Below are positions 34,954 through 44,519 of a stretch of DNA of 59,577 nt, piece by piece (positions within the stretch are counted from its first letter, which is position 1; each line of letters begins with the position of its first letter). This DNA is from an uncultured Rikenellaceae bacterium. GTDB lineage: Bacteria; Bacteroidota; Bacteroidia; Bacteroidales; VadinHA17. The stretch spans positions 1 to 59,577 of the forward strand of contig CAZBQM010000005.1 of the NCBI GenBank assembly GCA_964494045.1, in the 5' to 3' direction. The notes below the pieces were generated by a model, which searched no databases, was not told the origin of the DNA, and saw only the letters and a list, made by a program, of their open reading frames with translations. A program made the position numbers and the translations under genes.

Positions 34954-36498
34954 ATGCCACTTGAAAAGAAGATTCTTGAGTTAAAACAAAAAAGAGACAA
35001 GGTATTGCTTGGAGGAGGAGAACAGGCCATTGAGAAGCAGAAAGCACTTGGAAAGCGCACTGCAAGAGAACGCATCATGGCCCTTTTGGATGAAAACTCC
35101 TTCAGCGAATATGACCTTTTTGTTGAACATGATGCCCGTGATTTTGATATGGACAAGAAATCGCTCCCAAGCGACGGAGTGGTCATAGGATCGGGCACCA
35201 TATACGGTTCTCCCGTGGCTGTCTTTGCCCAGGATTTTACTGTCGCCGGCGGTTCACTGGGACTGATGCATTCAAGAAAGATAACCAAGATCATGGATCA
35301 TGCCCTGAAGATGAGGATACCCCTTATCGGGATAAACGATTCGGGAGGAGCAAGGATACAGGAGGGGGTGAATTCACTGGCGGGATATGGTGAAATCTTC
35401 TTCAGAAATACAATCTCAAGTGGTGTCATACCCCAGATCTCGGTAATTCTGGGCCCCTGCGCGGGTGGCGCGGTCTACTCGCCTGCACTTACTGACTTCG
35501 TGTTTGTCGTTGACAAAATATCCAAGATGTTTATCACTGGTCCCGAGGTAATAAAAACAGTACTGGGAGAAGATATCCCAATGGAAGAACTCGGTGGAGC
35601 CAGGGTTCACAGTGAGATAACAGGCAACGCCCATTTCTTTGCATTAAACGAGGAAGAGTGTTTTGCGCAGATTAAGAAGCTTCTGACTTTCATTCCACGG
35701 AACAACAGCACAAAGGCAAAAGCCTGTGAGCCCTGCGGTCCTGACCCTTCATATGAGATCAACAAAATAGTGCCCGACGATCCCACTCTTCCCTATGATG
35801 TAAGGGATGTAATCAGGGCAGTGGCCGATAATTCCGATTTCTTTGAGATAATGGAGTTGTATGCAAAGAACATGGTTATCGGCTTCGGAAGGATGGGTGG
35901 AAAAACGACAGGTTTTGTTGCCAACCAGCCACTTGAGATGGCAGGTGTTCTGGATGTCGATTCATCCGACAAAGCTGCCAGGTTCATCCGCTACTGCGAT
36001 GCCTTTAATATACCCATTATCACCCTTGTTGACCTTCCCGGATATCTTCCCGGCATCGACCAGGAACACGCCGGTGTCATAAGACATGGAGCCAAGATAT
36101 TGTATGCATACAGTGAGGCTACCGTTCCAAAACTTACAGTTATCCTCCGCAAAGCCTACGGTGGAGGTTATATCGCCATGAGCTCGAGACACCTGAGGGC
36201 CGACTTTGTTTTTGCATGGCCTACTGCTGAAATCGCTGTGATGGGCCCGGAGGGAGCAGCCAATATAATCTTCAGAAAAGAAATCATGTCATCCGATGAT
36301 CCGGATGGGATGAGAAAGAAAAAGGTTGAAGAGTACAAGGCTAAGTTCGCCAACCCCTATGTGGCTGCCTCAAGAGGATATGTCGACGCGGTTATCGAAC
36401 CGGCCGAGACCCGGAAGGTCCTTCTCCATGCCATTGAACTGTCTGAGAACAAGACTGTCGATATGCCGGCTAAGAAGCATGGGTTGCCTCCTTTCTGA
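34954..36498 (+). CDS. acyl-CoA carboxylase/decarboxylase carboxyltransferase (beta) subunit (PccB/MmdA-like)
   Basis: DSGGARIQEG, GPCAGGAVYSPALTD, VDLPGYLPG..QE..GVIRHGAK, KKHGLPPF. Confidence 0.92.
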   Translation: MPLEKKILELKQKRDKVLLGGGEQAIEKQKALGKRTARERIMALLDENSFSEYDLFVEHDARDFDMDKKSLPSDGVVIGSGTIYGSPVAVFAQDFTVAGGSLGLMHSRKITKIMDHALKMRIPLIGINDSGGARIQEGVNSLAGYGEIFFRNTISSGVIPQISVILGPCAGGAVYSPALTDFVFVVDKISKMFITGPEVIKTVLGEDIPMEELGGARVHSEITGNAHFFALNEEECFAQIKKLLTFIPRNNSTKAKACEPCGPDPSYEINKIVPDDPTLPYDVRDVIRAVADNSDFFEIMELYAKNMVIGFGRMGGKTTGFVANQPLEMAGVLDVDSSDKAARFIRYCDAFNIPIITLVDLPGYLPGIDQEHAGVIRHGAKILYAYSEATVPKLTVILRKAYGGGYIAMSSRHLRADFVFAWPTAEIAVMGPEGAANIIFRKEIMSSDDPDGMRKKKVEEYKAKFANPYVAASRGYVDAVIEPAETRKVLLHAIELSENKTVDMPAKKHGLPPF

Positions 36499-36522
36499 TA
36501 CCGGTCTGAATACCTCAATACT

Positions 36523-36840
36523 ATGAAAGAAAACGAACTATCAGGCATACTTAATATTGACGGAACTCCGTACAGAACAAGGCTTAGCAGCCGTTTTGCA
36601 AACAGGAAACCATACGCACCGGCCGATCCGAAGATCATACCAAGTTTCATTCCGGGTACTGTCCTCGACATTCTTGTCTCAGAAGGACAGAAGGTAAATG
36701 AGGGAGACGTACTTATGATCCTCGATTCGATGAAGATGCAAAATATGCTTAAGAGTACTGTCGCCGGTACTGTCGAAAAAATCCTTGTCTCAAAGGGAGA
36801 AAGAGTCTCAAAGGGAAGCCTTCTTATCAGGATCTCCTGA
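36523..36840 (+). CDS. biotin carboxyl carrier domain protein
   Basis: PGTV..ILV.EG..V..GD.LMIL-DSMKM biotinyl domain. Confidence 0.8.
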   Translation: MKENELSGILNIDGTPYRTRLSSRFANRKPYAPADPKIIPSFIPGTVLDILVSEGQKVNEGDVLMILDSMKMQNMLKSTVAGTVEKILVSKGERVSKGSLLIRIS

Positions 36841-36845
36841 GATTA

Positions 36846-37664
36846 CTAAGCATATCCGGAGAAGATCACATGTGGCTGAAGTGATACAGGTACAGGTATC
36901 TCATTACCAAATATCCCATATACAGTCGAACCGCTGCCCGACATCAGACTGAAGACTGCGCCAGAGTCGTACAGGGTATCCTTAATCTCCTTTATAACCG
37001 GATGGGTTTTGAATACATAATCCTCGAAGTCGTTAAAGATGTGGTTCTTCCATTCTGCAAGAGGGAGGTGGTCGATGATGTCAAGGCTTCCGCTGGCATT
37101 TGAAGGTGTACAGCTTTCATATGCTCTTGCCGTACTTACATGAATCCCCGGATTGACAAGGATCAGATAACAACCCTTCAGGTACTCGGGGGCCGGACTC
37201 ATTATTTCGCCGCGACCAGAGGCATGGGAAGGCTGGCAGTCAATGAAAAAAGGCAGATCACTGCCCAGCCTGAGTGCATATTCCTTCATCCTTTCAGTTG
37301 ATAATCCCATCCTGAAGCACCTGTTCAGAGCCTTTATGGCCGAAGCTGCATCGGACGATCCTCCTCCAAGTCCCGCGCCGGGCGGGATCATCTTGTGAAG
37401 GTGAATCCTTAGAAAGGGAATATCGTGATCCTCCCTCAACAGCCTTACTGCCCTGGTAACCAGGTTATCATCCGTATCGCCCCCGGTCGGCAGGCCTGTT
37501 ATCTCCAAAAGATCCTTCCCGGTGTCTTCCGGTGCCATGACTATCTCAAGGGCGTCACTGAGACCGACAGGATAGAAGACAGTCTCAATATTATGATAAC
37601 CATCGCTCCGCTTCTCAATAATCCTCAATCCCAGATTGATCTTTGCCCTTGGAAATATCACCAT
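36846..37664 (-). CDS. ispE: 4-diphosphocytidyl-2-C-methyl-D-erythritol kinase
   Basis: AKINLGL, GYHNIET, PPGAGLGGGSSD, LMSGSGSTVYG. Start moved to ATG 37664. Confidence 0.94.
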   Translation of the reverse strand: MVIFPRAKINLGLRIIEKRSDGYHNIETVFYPVGLSDALEIVMAPEDTGKDLLEITGLPTGGDTDDNLVTRAVRLLREDHDIPFLRIHLHKMIPPGAGLGGGSSDAASAIKALNRCFRMGLSTERMKEYALRLGSDLPFFIDCQPSHASGRGEIMSPAPEYLKGCYLILVNPGIHVSTARAYESCTPSNASGSLDIIDHLPLAEWKNHIFNDFEDYVFKTHPVIKEIKDTLYDSGAVFSLMSGSGSTVYGIFGNEIPVPVSLQPHVIFSGYA

Positions 37665-37679
37665 AAAAGGTCGTTTATA

Positions 37680-37687
37680 CAAAAATA
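37680..37687 (-). promoter_or_regulatory. -7 promoter element for ispE
   Basis: TATTTTTG on the minus strand; contains the TTG the ORF track used as a start. Confidence 0.55.
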
Positions 37688-37804
37688 CGACAAGGATCGG
37701 ATTTATTCGTATCGTAAAAGAATTTTCAGATTTTCAACAAGTTTTTAACAGAACTTTGTTTGTAATAAATGCCGGTGCCCTTCAATTAATGCTTATGCTT
37801 GTCT

Positions 37805-37812
37805 TACCTTTG
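37805..37812 (+). promoter_or_regulatory. -7 promoter element for dnaB
   Basis: TACCTTTG. Confidence 0.5.
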
Positions 37813-37875
37813 AACCTATTGGCAGGGATTTAGAAAATGGTCTATTAAAATACAACAAATCAATTAATTATATTC

Positions 37876-39393
37876 ATGATCAAACAAAAGAACAGTGTCA
37901 GGCAGGTTATTACTGCACTTCCTGATCCCGGAAGGATCCCTCCTCAGGCCATCGACATGGAGGAAGCTGTTCTGGGAGCTATAATGCTTGAAAAAGAGGC
38001 GGTTATTACCATACTTGATATTCTTAAACCTGAGAGTTTCTACAAGGAGGCTCACCAGAAGATCTTCAGAAGTGTATCGGATCTTTCAGGAAGAGAATAC
38101 CCGGTTGACCTTTATACTGTTACGGAAGAATTGCGTTCGCGCAATGAACTCGAGAGTGTGGGTGGCCCTTTATATCTTACCCAACTGACATCAAAGGTAG
38201 TGTCGGCAGCCAACGTCGACTTCCATGCCAGGATCGTTGCACAGAAATACATCCAGAGGGAACTCATAAGGGTGGCAACTGAGATCCAGTCAAGGTCTTT
38301 TGATGATTCGTATGATGTAACCGAACTGCTCGACTTTTCAGAGAACGCCCTGTTTCAGATAGCAGAGGGGAATATAAAAAGGGAGGTTTCACCAATTAAT
38401 ATGGTGATCAAGGAGGCCATAAGGGAGATTGAGGAGGCAGGTAAGCGTGAAGATGCTCTTGTGGGAATCCCTTCGGGCTTTACAAAGCTCGACAGGCTGA
38501 CTTCAGGCTGGCAGAAATCGGAACTTATCATTATAGCTGCCAGACCTTCAATGGGTAAGACAGCATTCGCCCTTTCGATGGCAAGGAACATGGCGATAGA
38601 CCATGGAAAGAAGGTGGCGATCTTTTCTCTTGAGATGTCATCGATTCAGCTGGTAAACAGGCTTATTATCGCTGAGACTGACCTTTCGGGTGATAAGATC
38701 AAAAACGGCCGGCTGAATGAAGAGGAATGGAAACAGCTTGATACCAGGATCAAGAAACTTGTCCAGGCCCCCGTTTTCATCGACGACACACCGGCGATAT
38801 CCATCTTTGAGCTCAGGGCAAAATGCAGAAGGCTTATGGCACAACATAAACTTGATGTTGTGATAGTTGATTACCTTCAGCTTATGTCAGGACCAGAAAA
38901 TACCGGGAGCCGTGAACAGGAGGTAAGTACCATATCACGATCACTTAAAAGCATTGCCAAGGAACTTAATGTTCCTATACTGGCTCTTTCACAGCTCAAC
39001 AGGTCGGTTGAGATGAGAGGAGGATCCAAACGTCCCCTTCTCTCAGACCTTCGTGAATCAGGAGCAATTGAACAGGATGCCGATATGGTTGTTTTCATCC
39101 ATCGTCCCGAAAAATTCGGAATACCTGCTTTTGAAGATGACGTTTCAACAAAGGGAATAGCTGAAATCATCCTGGCAAAAAACAGGAACGGCCCTGTTGA
39201 TGATGTAAGGCTGAGGTTCAGGGAGGAGAAAGCGCAGTTTGTCGATCTTGATGATTATGATATAGTAACACCGGATATGAGCGCGACTCAAAGTATCACG
39301 CTGGGTTCAAAGATGAATCGTGATCCCGTCAGGTTACCGGGTGGTGCATTCGATGATGAAAACGGCTTCCATGATGAACCTCCGTTTGCATAG
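37876..39393 (+). CDS. dnaB: replicative DNA helicase
   Basis: IPPQAIDMEEAVLG, AARPSMGKT, FSLEM, VDYLQL, SQLNR, LSDLRESGAIEQDAD, KNRNG. Confidence 0.97.
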   Translation: MIKQKNSVRQVITALPDPGRIPPQAIDMEEAVLGAIMLEKEAVITILDILKPESFYKEAHQKIFRSVSDLSGREYPVDLYTVTEELRSRNELESVGGPLYLTQLTSKVVSAANVDFHARIVAQKYIQRELIRVATEIQSRSFDDSYDVTELLDFSENALFQIAEGNIKREVSPINMVIKEAIREIEEAGKREDALVGIPSGFTKLDRLTSGWQKSELIIIAARPSMGKTAFALSMARNMAIDHGKKVAIFSLEMSSIQLVNRLIIAETDLSGDKIKNGRLNEEEWKQLDTRIKKLVQAPVFIDDTPAISIFELRAKCRRLMAQHKLDVVIVDYLQLMSGPENTGSREQEVSTISRSLKSIAKELNVPILALSQLNRSVEMRGGSKRPLLSDLRESGAIEQDADMVVFIHRPEKFGIPAFEDDVSTKGIAEIILAKNRNGPVDDVRLRFREEKAQFVDLDDYDIVTPDMSATQSITLGSKMNRDPVRLPGGAFDDENGFHDEPPFA

Positions 39394-39426
39394 CCAGTCG
39401 CAGACTGAATAACCAATAATGATCAG

Positions 39427-39457
39427 AGACCAGGGCCCACCGGGAATTCCCTGGTCT
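39427..39457 (+). terminator. stem-loop after dnaB
   Basis: AGACCAGGG...CCCTGGTCT perfect 9-bp stem followed by TTG. Confidence 0.55.
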
Positions 39458-39581
39458 TTGCTCTTTGCTCCCAGCCCTTCGCTCCCAGCTCCTTGCTCCC
39501 AGCTCCTTGCTCCTTGCTCCTTGCTCCTTGCTTCTTGCTCCTTGCCCTCAGCTCTCAGCTCCCTGCTCTCTGCCCTCAGTC
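39456..39581. repeat. 18-unit degenerate heptamer tandem repeat
   Basis: In-phase units ctttgct, cccagct, ccttgct, ctcagct etc.; the last unit overlaps the stop codon of the DUF5686 gene. Confidence 0.92.
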
Positions 39582-42299
39582 GAATCGTATTGTCAGTTTT
39601 ATGCCTGTGCTCTTGTACCGTAAATCATCAAAACCAAAGTATATACCGGCTTCTGCAAAGAAGAAAATCTGACTGAGGCTGTATCCTACTTCAACATAGT
39701 TGCCATGGAATTCTGATCCGAGATAAAGAAGTGATATGTTTTCCCTGATCAGTGTATTGCTAACCAGAGGCAGCAGTTTAATAAGCAGGTAAGGAGATGT
39801 GTATTTGGCATGAAATTCCCCGAATACATCAGAAGTGCTCAGCGCATAATAATCAGGAAGCATAACGGCATCTTCATATTGACCGGGAAGGAACCAGAAG
39901 GGCTGGGCATTGAAATGGAAGAAGTCAACAAAGGTAAGTGCTTCCCTGTTAATGAAAGTACCGGTACGGAACCTCCACCTGAATTCACTGAAGGCTCCCA
40001 CGTCATAGTTATCAGCGACTTCAAGTTTCAGCATGTCGAAATGGCGGTAACTGTCGAGGTTCAGAGGATCCTGGTTCATCCCATGTTTCCATGTAATAGT
40101 GAAATCCGGCCAGGCTGAACGCTCCTTTACCCCGCGTCTTCCTGATGTCCTGCTCCACTTGCCAGGATCTATGTCGGCATTTACCTCAAAGCTGAAATGT
40201 TTTTGATTTTCAGGCAGGTAAATTGGCAGGTTTTCCGGTGTAAGTATGGAATTATGTGGTGTATTGACTGTAAATTCACGTTGACGGCTGAAAAATGAAT
40301 AGTCAGTGTTGTTCTGAAGCATTCTGCGGTCATCGTAACCTGCATTAAATAAGAGAGTTACTCCGTTGGCCACACCGGCCCTGTATCCCAGATTTACATA
40401 ATGACTCTCATAGAGTTTCATGAAGTTTCTTCTCAGGAACAGCGTTGTAAGCGAATTTACCAGTGGATCAATTCCTCCTGCCTGATTAAAGTCCTTGCTT
40501 ATATCCCCTGCACGGACATAGAACTGACCAGGTCTTTTCCCACTGGTTGTAAAATTTGCATTAATCTTCCACATCAGCTGCTTACGGCTGAAAGCATATC
40601 TTAGTTCGGGTATTATAAGCATTCTGCTTCCGTCACTGAACTTCTTTGTCAGGCTGAAATCAGTGCCGTATGCCAGCCCGTCGACAGTGTTGAAGCTGAT
40701 CTTCCCGGGGTTCACCAATCCACCTGATCTGAAACTGATACCCGAGGTGTCGGACCAGGTGTGTCCGAAGATGATGTCGTCCATATTTCTGAGAAAACGT
40801 CTGCCTTTCCGGGTATCCGATCTGTCAAGGGTGTCGACACTTATATTAGCAGCTTCATTATGTATTAGTTTAAGGCTGTCGGCAGAAACGAGACTTTTCT
40901 GTTCATCGGGAGTCAATGGAACCGGTCTGACAGAAGTCCAGTATTCCTTGTCTTTTGAAGCCGCATCCTTTTCTATAACAAATGTGGTCTTTCCTGATCC
41001 GCCTGTGTTCTGACTGACAGTATCTGCGATTTCACTTTCACTTTCACTTTCGCTTTCCTCCTTCATAAGTCTGGCAAGTGTGACCATGTCGCGGTTCGAC
41101 AACTCCTCCTTATTGAGGATCTTGCCAATCCTCTCCTCGTTCCTGGATAATTGCAGGGTATCTGAAAGGAGTGTTCTTTCCGCTGGTATTGATACAAATT
41201 CGTCAGGTTTCTTCAGCCCTGCATCAGGAGTGATCTCAAGGTATTTTATCGAACTCGTATAGCCTATATCAGATTTAAATCCCAGTACCTTTACATTGAC
41301 ATCGAAGTTATAGCTGACAGGCATCCATATCCCGTCCTGTACAGGTGTGCCAAGTTCCCTGATCCTTATTGTGCCGACAATATTGTTGTTCGTAAGGTCC
41401 AGACTATGAATGCACCAGAGCTGATCGACAATGTAGATAGTGCCTTCAAAAAGCTGCTGGCTTTTTCTCTTTGGTGTAACCTGGATCTTGTTTATTGTAT
41501 AGTTACCCTGTGGAGAGGCTCCGAGATATTTGAAGTTGTAATGTGAAAAAGCCTGGGGGGAAAGAGGAGAAATGGCGCTCTCAACAAGTATCGGCTGGTA
41601 GAAGCTGGCCTTGATAAAATCCATTGGTGCTATGTAGCTGCCGCTTTCAGGAAAGGTGTTGTTTATAGATATGATTTTCTGAACATATTTATCAGGAGTA
41701 TTAAATTCAATTTCATTGAATGACTCCATGAAGTATAGTTCACCTTCTTTCAGAGATCCGTCATTAGCCTCACTTTTGCCTCCGGCTGATATAGTAGTGC
41801 TGCGTTCATCCCGGTTCATCTTTACAGACGCTTTGACGATTTTCGGGATCTTGTTAATTATAAGATTACCCTTCAGATATACTTCAGCCCTGTAGTGACT
41901 TACCTGGTTCAGATGATAAGGAGCAAGACCTATGGCTCTTCTCATAATTGCATAGGCCGGATCTTCACCTGAAGGGGATATCATTACCTCCGGTATCTCA
42001 TAGAACTGTTCGGTAAGTACCACGTCTCTCGTTATGGTTAACTCACCTACCGTAACATCGATAACCACTGGTTCATATCCCAGGCTCTGGAAGAAGAGCA
42101 TGTATTTGCCGGAAGGGATGTTAAGCTCGTACTCTCCGTCCGCATTTGAGGTGGTACCCTGCCGGAGTTCCTGAACATAAACCGTCGCATTTGCTACAGC
42201 TTTCCCCGTGGGATCAGTAATCGTTCCCTTGACAGACTGACCTTGAATGATCTCTACAGGCAAAAGGGCAAGCAATAGTATTAAAAGACAATTTCGCAT
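39576..42299 (-). CDS. carboxypeptidase-regulatory-like + DUF5686 family outer membrane protein
   Basis: Signal peptide, VKGTITD..G..V.NATV...GTTSN.DG.Y, DPAYAIMRRAI, SPLS..AF.HY.F motifs. Confidence 0.75.
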   Translation of the reverse strand: MRNCLLILLLALLPVEIIQGQSVKGTITDPTGKAVANATVYVQELRQGTTSNADGEYELNIPSGKYMLFFQSLGYEPVVIDVTVGELTITRDVVLTEQFYEIPEVMISPSGEDPAYAIMRRAIGLAPYHLNQVSHYRAEVYLKGNLIINKIPKIVKASVKMNRDERSTTISAGGKSEANDGSLKEGELYFMESFNEIEFNTPDKYVQKIISINNTFPESGSYIAPMDFIKASFYQPILVESAISPLSPQAFSHYNFKYLGASPQGNYTINKIQVTPKRKSQQLFEGTIYIVDQLWCIHSLDLTNNNIVGTIRIRELGTPVQDGIWMPVSYNFDVNVKVLGFKSDIGYTSSIKYLEITPDAGLKKPDEFVSIPAERTLLSDTLQLSRNEERIGKILNKEELSNRDMVTLARLMKEESESESESEIADTVSQNTGGSGKTTFVIEKDAASKDKEYWTSVRPVPLTPDEQKSLVSADSLKLIHNEAANISVDTLDRSDTRKGRRFLRNMDDIIFGHTWSDTSGISFRSGGLVNPGKISFNTVDGLAYGTDFSLTKKFSDGSRMLIIPELRYAFSRKQLMWKINANFTTSGKRPGQFYVRAGDISKDFNQAGGIDPLVNSLTTLFLRRNFMKLYESHYVNLGYRAGVANGVTLLFNAGYDDRRMLQNNTDYSFFSRQREFTVNTPHNSILTPENLPIYLPENQKHFSFEVNADIDPGKWSRTSGRRGVKERSAWPDFTITWKHGMNQDPLNLDSYRHFDMLKLEVADNYDVGAFSEFRWRFRTGTFINREALTFVDFFHFNAQPFWFLPGQYEDAVMLPDYYALSTSDVFGEFHAKYTSPYLLIKLLPLVSNTLIRENISLLYLGSEFHGNYVEVGYSLSQIFFFAEAGIYFGFDDLRYKSTGIKLTIRFD

Positions 42300-42308
42300 C
42301 CGTAAAAT

Positions 42309-42983
42309 CTAATCTTTTTTGCCTGCCACCACTATAACTATCTCACCTTTAGGAGGGTTGGAGGTATAGTGTTCAGAAAGAGCGGAGAGTGAGCCGCGCA
42401 TCGTTTCCTCATGAATCTTGGTCAGTTCCCTGGAAACTGAAGCTTCACGTTCGCCTCCCAGATGAAGGGCGAGATCACCAAGAGTCTTCACAAGCCTGTA
42501 AGGTGATTCATAAAAGACCATTGTCCTGTCTTCATCAGGTAGCCTGGTAAGCCTTTTGTTCCTACCTTTTTTGGGAGGAAGAAATCCTTCAAAACAGAAA
42601 CGTTCACAGGGAAGGCCCGAATTGACAAGCGCCGGGATCAGCGCTGAAGGACCTGGAAGGGTCTCGACCGGAATGCCTTTCTCAACGCAACTCCTTACAA
42701 GGAGGAAACCCGGATCGGATATTCCGGGGGTTCCTGCATCGGAAATCAGGGCAACAGAGATACCCGATAAAAGCCTGGAGCAGATCCCCTCAACGGTCCG
42801 GTGTTCATTGAACATATGATGCGACTGAAGAACAGCCCTGATATTGTAATGGTCGAGAAGCTTTTTTGACTCCCTGGTATCTTCAGCCAGGACAAGATCA
42901 ACTTTTTCAAGGACTTCAATAGCCCTGAAAGTCATATCTTTAAAATTGCCGATAGGGGTGGGGACAAGAAACAGCTTACCCAT
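42309..42983 (-). CDS. rsmI: 16S rRNA C1402 2'-O-methyltransferase
   Basis: LVPTPIGN..DMTFRA, AEDTR, SDAGTPGISDPG, YESPYR, SRELTKIHEE. Confidence 0.95.
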   Translation of the reverse strand: MGKLFLVPTPIGNFKDMTFRAIEVLEKVDLVLAEDTRESKKLLDHYNIRAVLQSHHMFNEHRTVEGICSRLLSGISVALISDAGTPGISDPGFLLVRSCVEKGIPVETLPGPSALIPALVNSGLPCERFCFEGFLPPKKGRNKRLTRLPDEDRTMVFYESPYRLVKTLGDLALHLGGEREASVSRELTKIHEETMRGSLSALSEHYTSNPPKGEIVIVVAGKKD

Positions 42984-43755
42984 GGATCTGAAATTTACGC
43001 TTTACCAGTTCCATAAGCTGCCTGATAGCTTCATTATCTGTCTTGCTGCCGGTATAGCCGTTAAGGACCTGACGTGCATCCGACATGTTTGCTGCACTGT
43101 TAAGTTCCGATATTGCCCTGGCATAGGTCTCGTTACTGCCGTCGAAGATCTCCCTTATAAATACAAAGCGGTCATTTACTCCAATTGCATCCGAAAGGTC
43201 ATTCAGGGGTTTACTTCTTAACCTTCCTGCAATATCCTCCTCATGCTTCATATTACCGATCTCTTCATTAAAACTCCTCGATAGATTATTGAACTGATCG
43301 GCGAGTATCCCTGAACCATTGGAAGTGCTTTTCTTTTCTTCTTCCGGTAGCACTGAATGCAGCACAGTAATTTTTGCAGCCGGATTTACCGGTGCTTCGG
43401 ATTCCTGGACTTTCTTGTCAATAATGACAGTCTTTTCAGGCGGTTCCGGAGATATTGTTTCTTTAATAAAGGTAACAGCCGTGATCTCACTGATTTCTGG
43501 CTCAGGAATTTCGGCCTGATTATTCTCTCTGCTGGTAATGTCTTTATTACCAGGAGTATGTAAGGCTTCAGGAGTTGAGACTTCCTTGTCCAGTCCCGGA
43601 AGCAGCGATATCACATCAGCAGCGCTTTTGCACTTTGACTTCGCCAGCTCAATCTGGAGAAGAGGCACTCCCGGATATTTTTTAAGGTCATCAATTATTT
43701 CACAGGCCCTGTTGAGATCCTGAATAATAATGCTTATTGAAGTACTTAAATCCAT
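42976..43755 (-). CDS. conserved hypothetical protein
   Basis: 259-aa ORF overlapping the rsmI start; low-complexity middle; C-terminal LSDAIGVNDRFVFIREIF motif. Confidence 0.75.
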   Translation of the reverse strand: MDLSTSISIIIQDLNRACEIIDDLKKYPGVPLLQIELAKSKCKSAADVISLLPGLDKEVSTPEALHTPGNKDITSRENNQAEIPEPEISEITAVTFIKETISPEPPEKTVIIDKKVQESEAPVNPAAKITVLHSVLPEEEKKSTSNGSGILADQFNNLSRSFNEEIGNMKHEEDIAGRLRSKPLNDLSDAIGVNDRFVFIREIFDGSNETYARAISELNSAANMSDARQVLNGYTGSKTDNEAIRQLMELVKRKFQIHG

Positions 43756-43795
43756 ACTTTAACTGCTGTTTTACCAAACCAATTTCATTATTTTG

Positions 43796-43803
43796 CAAAA
43801 GTA
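43796..43803 (-). promoter_or_regulatory. -7 promoter element for the hypothetical-rsmI-DUF5686 unit
   Basis: TACTTTTG on the minus strand. Confidence 0.5.
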
Positions 43804-43869
43804 ATATTATTCCTTATGACATAACGGAATAATATAACATTTAGCATTCGGAAAGAGACAATAAAATAG

Positions 43870-44457
43870 ATGGAATTTCTTGAAAATCCACAGGATGTAA
43901 GTGTAAGAAGGGGTTCTGTTGAGGTCATTACAGGGTCAATGTTCTCCGGAAAAACGGAAGAGCTGATCCGGAGACTCAGGAGGGCCCAGTTTGCAGGACT
44001 GAAGGTTGAGATCTTCAAGCCATCGATCGATAAAAGGTATGCAGGCGACAGGGTGGTGTCGCATGATGAAAAGTCAATAATGTCGACTCCTGTTGAAAAT
44101 GCTTCGTCTATACTTCTGCTTTCAGGTGGTGTTGATGTAATCGGGATTGATGAGGCACAGTTTTTCGACAATTCAATTGTTGATGTTTGCAAGACATTGG
44201 CTGATAATGGTATACGTGTAATTGTAGCCGGGCTTGATATGGATTTCCTTGGCAATCCCTTTGGTCCCATGCCTCTTATTCTTTCGGTAGCGGAGTATAT
44301 TACAAAGGTGCATGCAATATGCATGCAATGCGGAAACCTCGCGCACTATTCTTTCAGGAGATCAGCTGAGGAACAGTTGGTAGTGCTGGGTGAAAAGAAT
44401 AAATATGAACCTCTATGCAGGAGTTGTTACAATAAGGCTGTTAAAAGCCGGACATAA
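43870..44457 (+). CDS. tdk: thymidine kinase (TK1-like)
   Basis: [29 protein letters not shown]...YEPLCRSC zinc site. Confidence 0.95.
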   Translation: MEFLENPQDVSVRRGSVEVITGSMFSGKTEELIRRLRRAQFAGLKVEIFKPSIDKRYAGDRVVSHDEKSIMSTPVENASSILLLSGGVDVIGIDEAQFFDNSIVDVCKTLADNGIRVIVAGLDMDFLGNPFGPMPLILSVAEYITKVHAICMQCGNLAHYSFRRSAEEQLVVLGEKNKYEPLCRSCYNKAVKSRT

Positions 44458-44519
44458 ATGTCTTAATCTCTGGATCCCTGTGGAGGGGACAGATTTAGAA
44501 TAATCTAATAATCAAATTA

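Noticed and set aside
37876-39393. Intein in DnaB
   Set aside because: Normal length (505 aa) with contiguous motifs.
39419-39676. 85-aa Leu/Ser/Pro-rich ORF
   Set aside because: Artefact of translating the heptamer array; overlaps the DUF5686 gene antisense.
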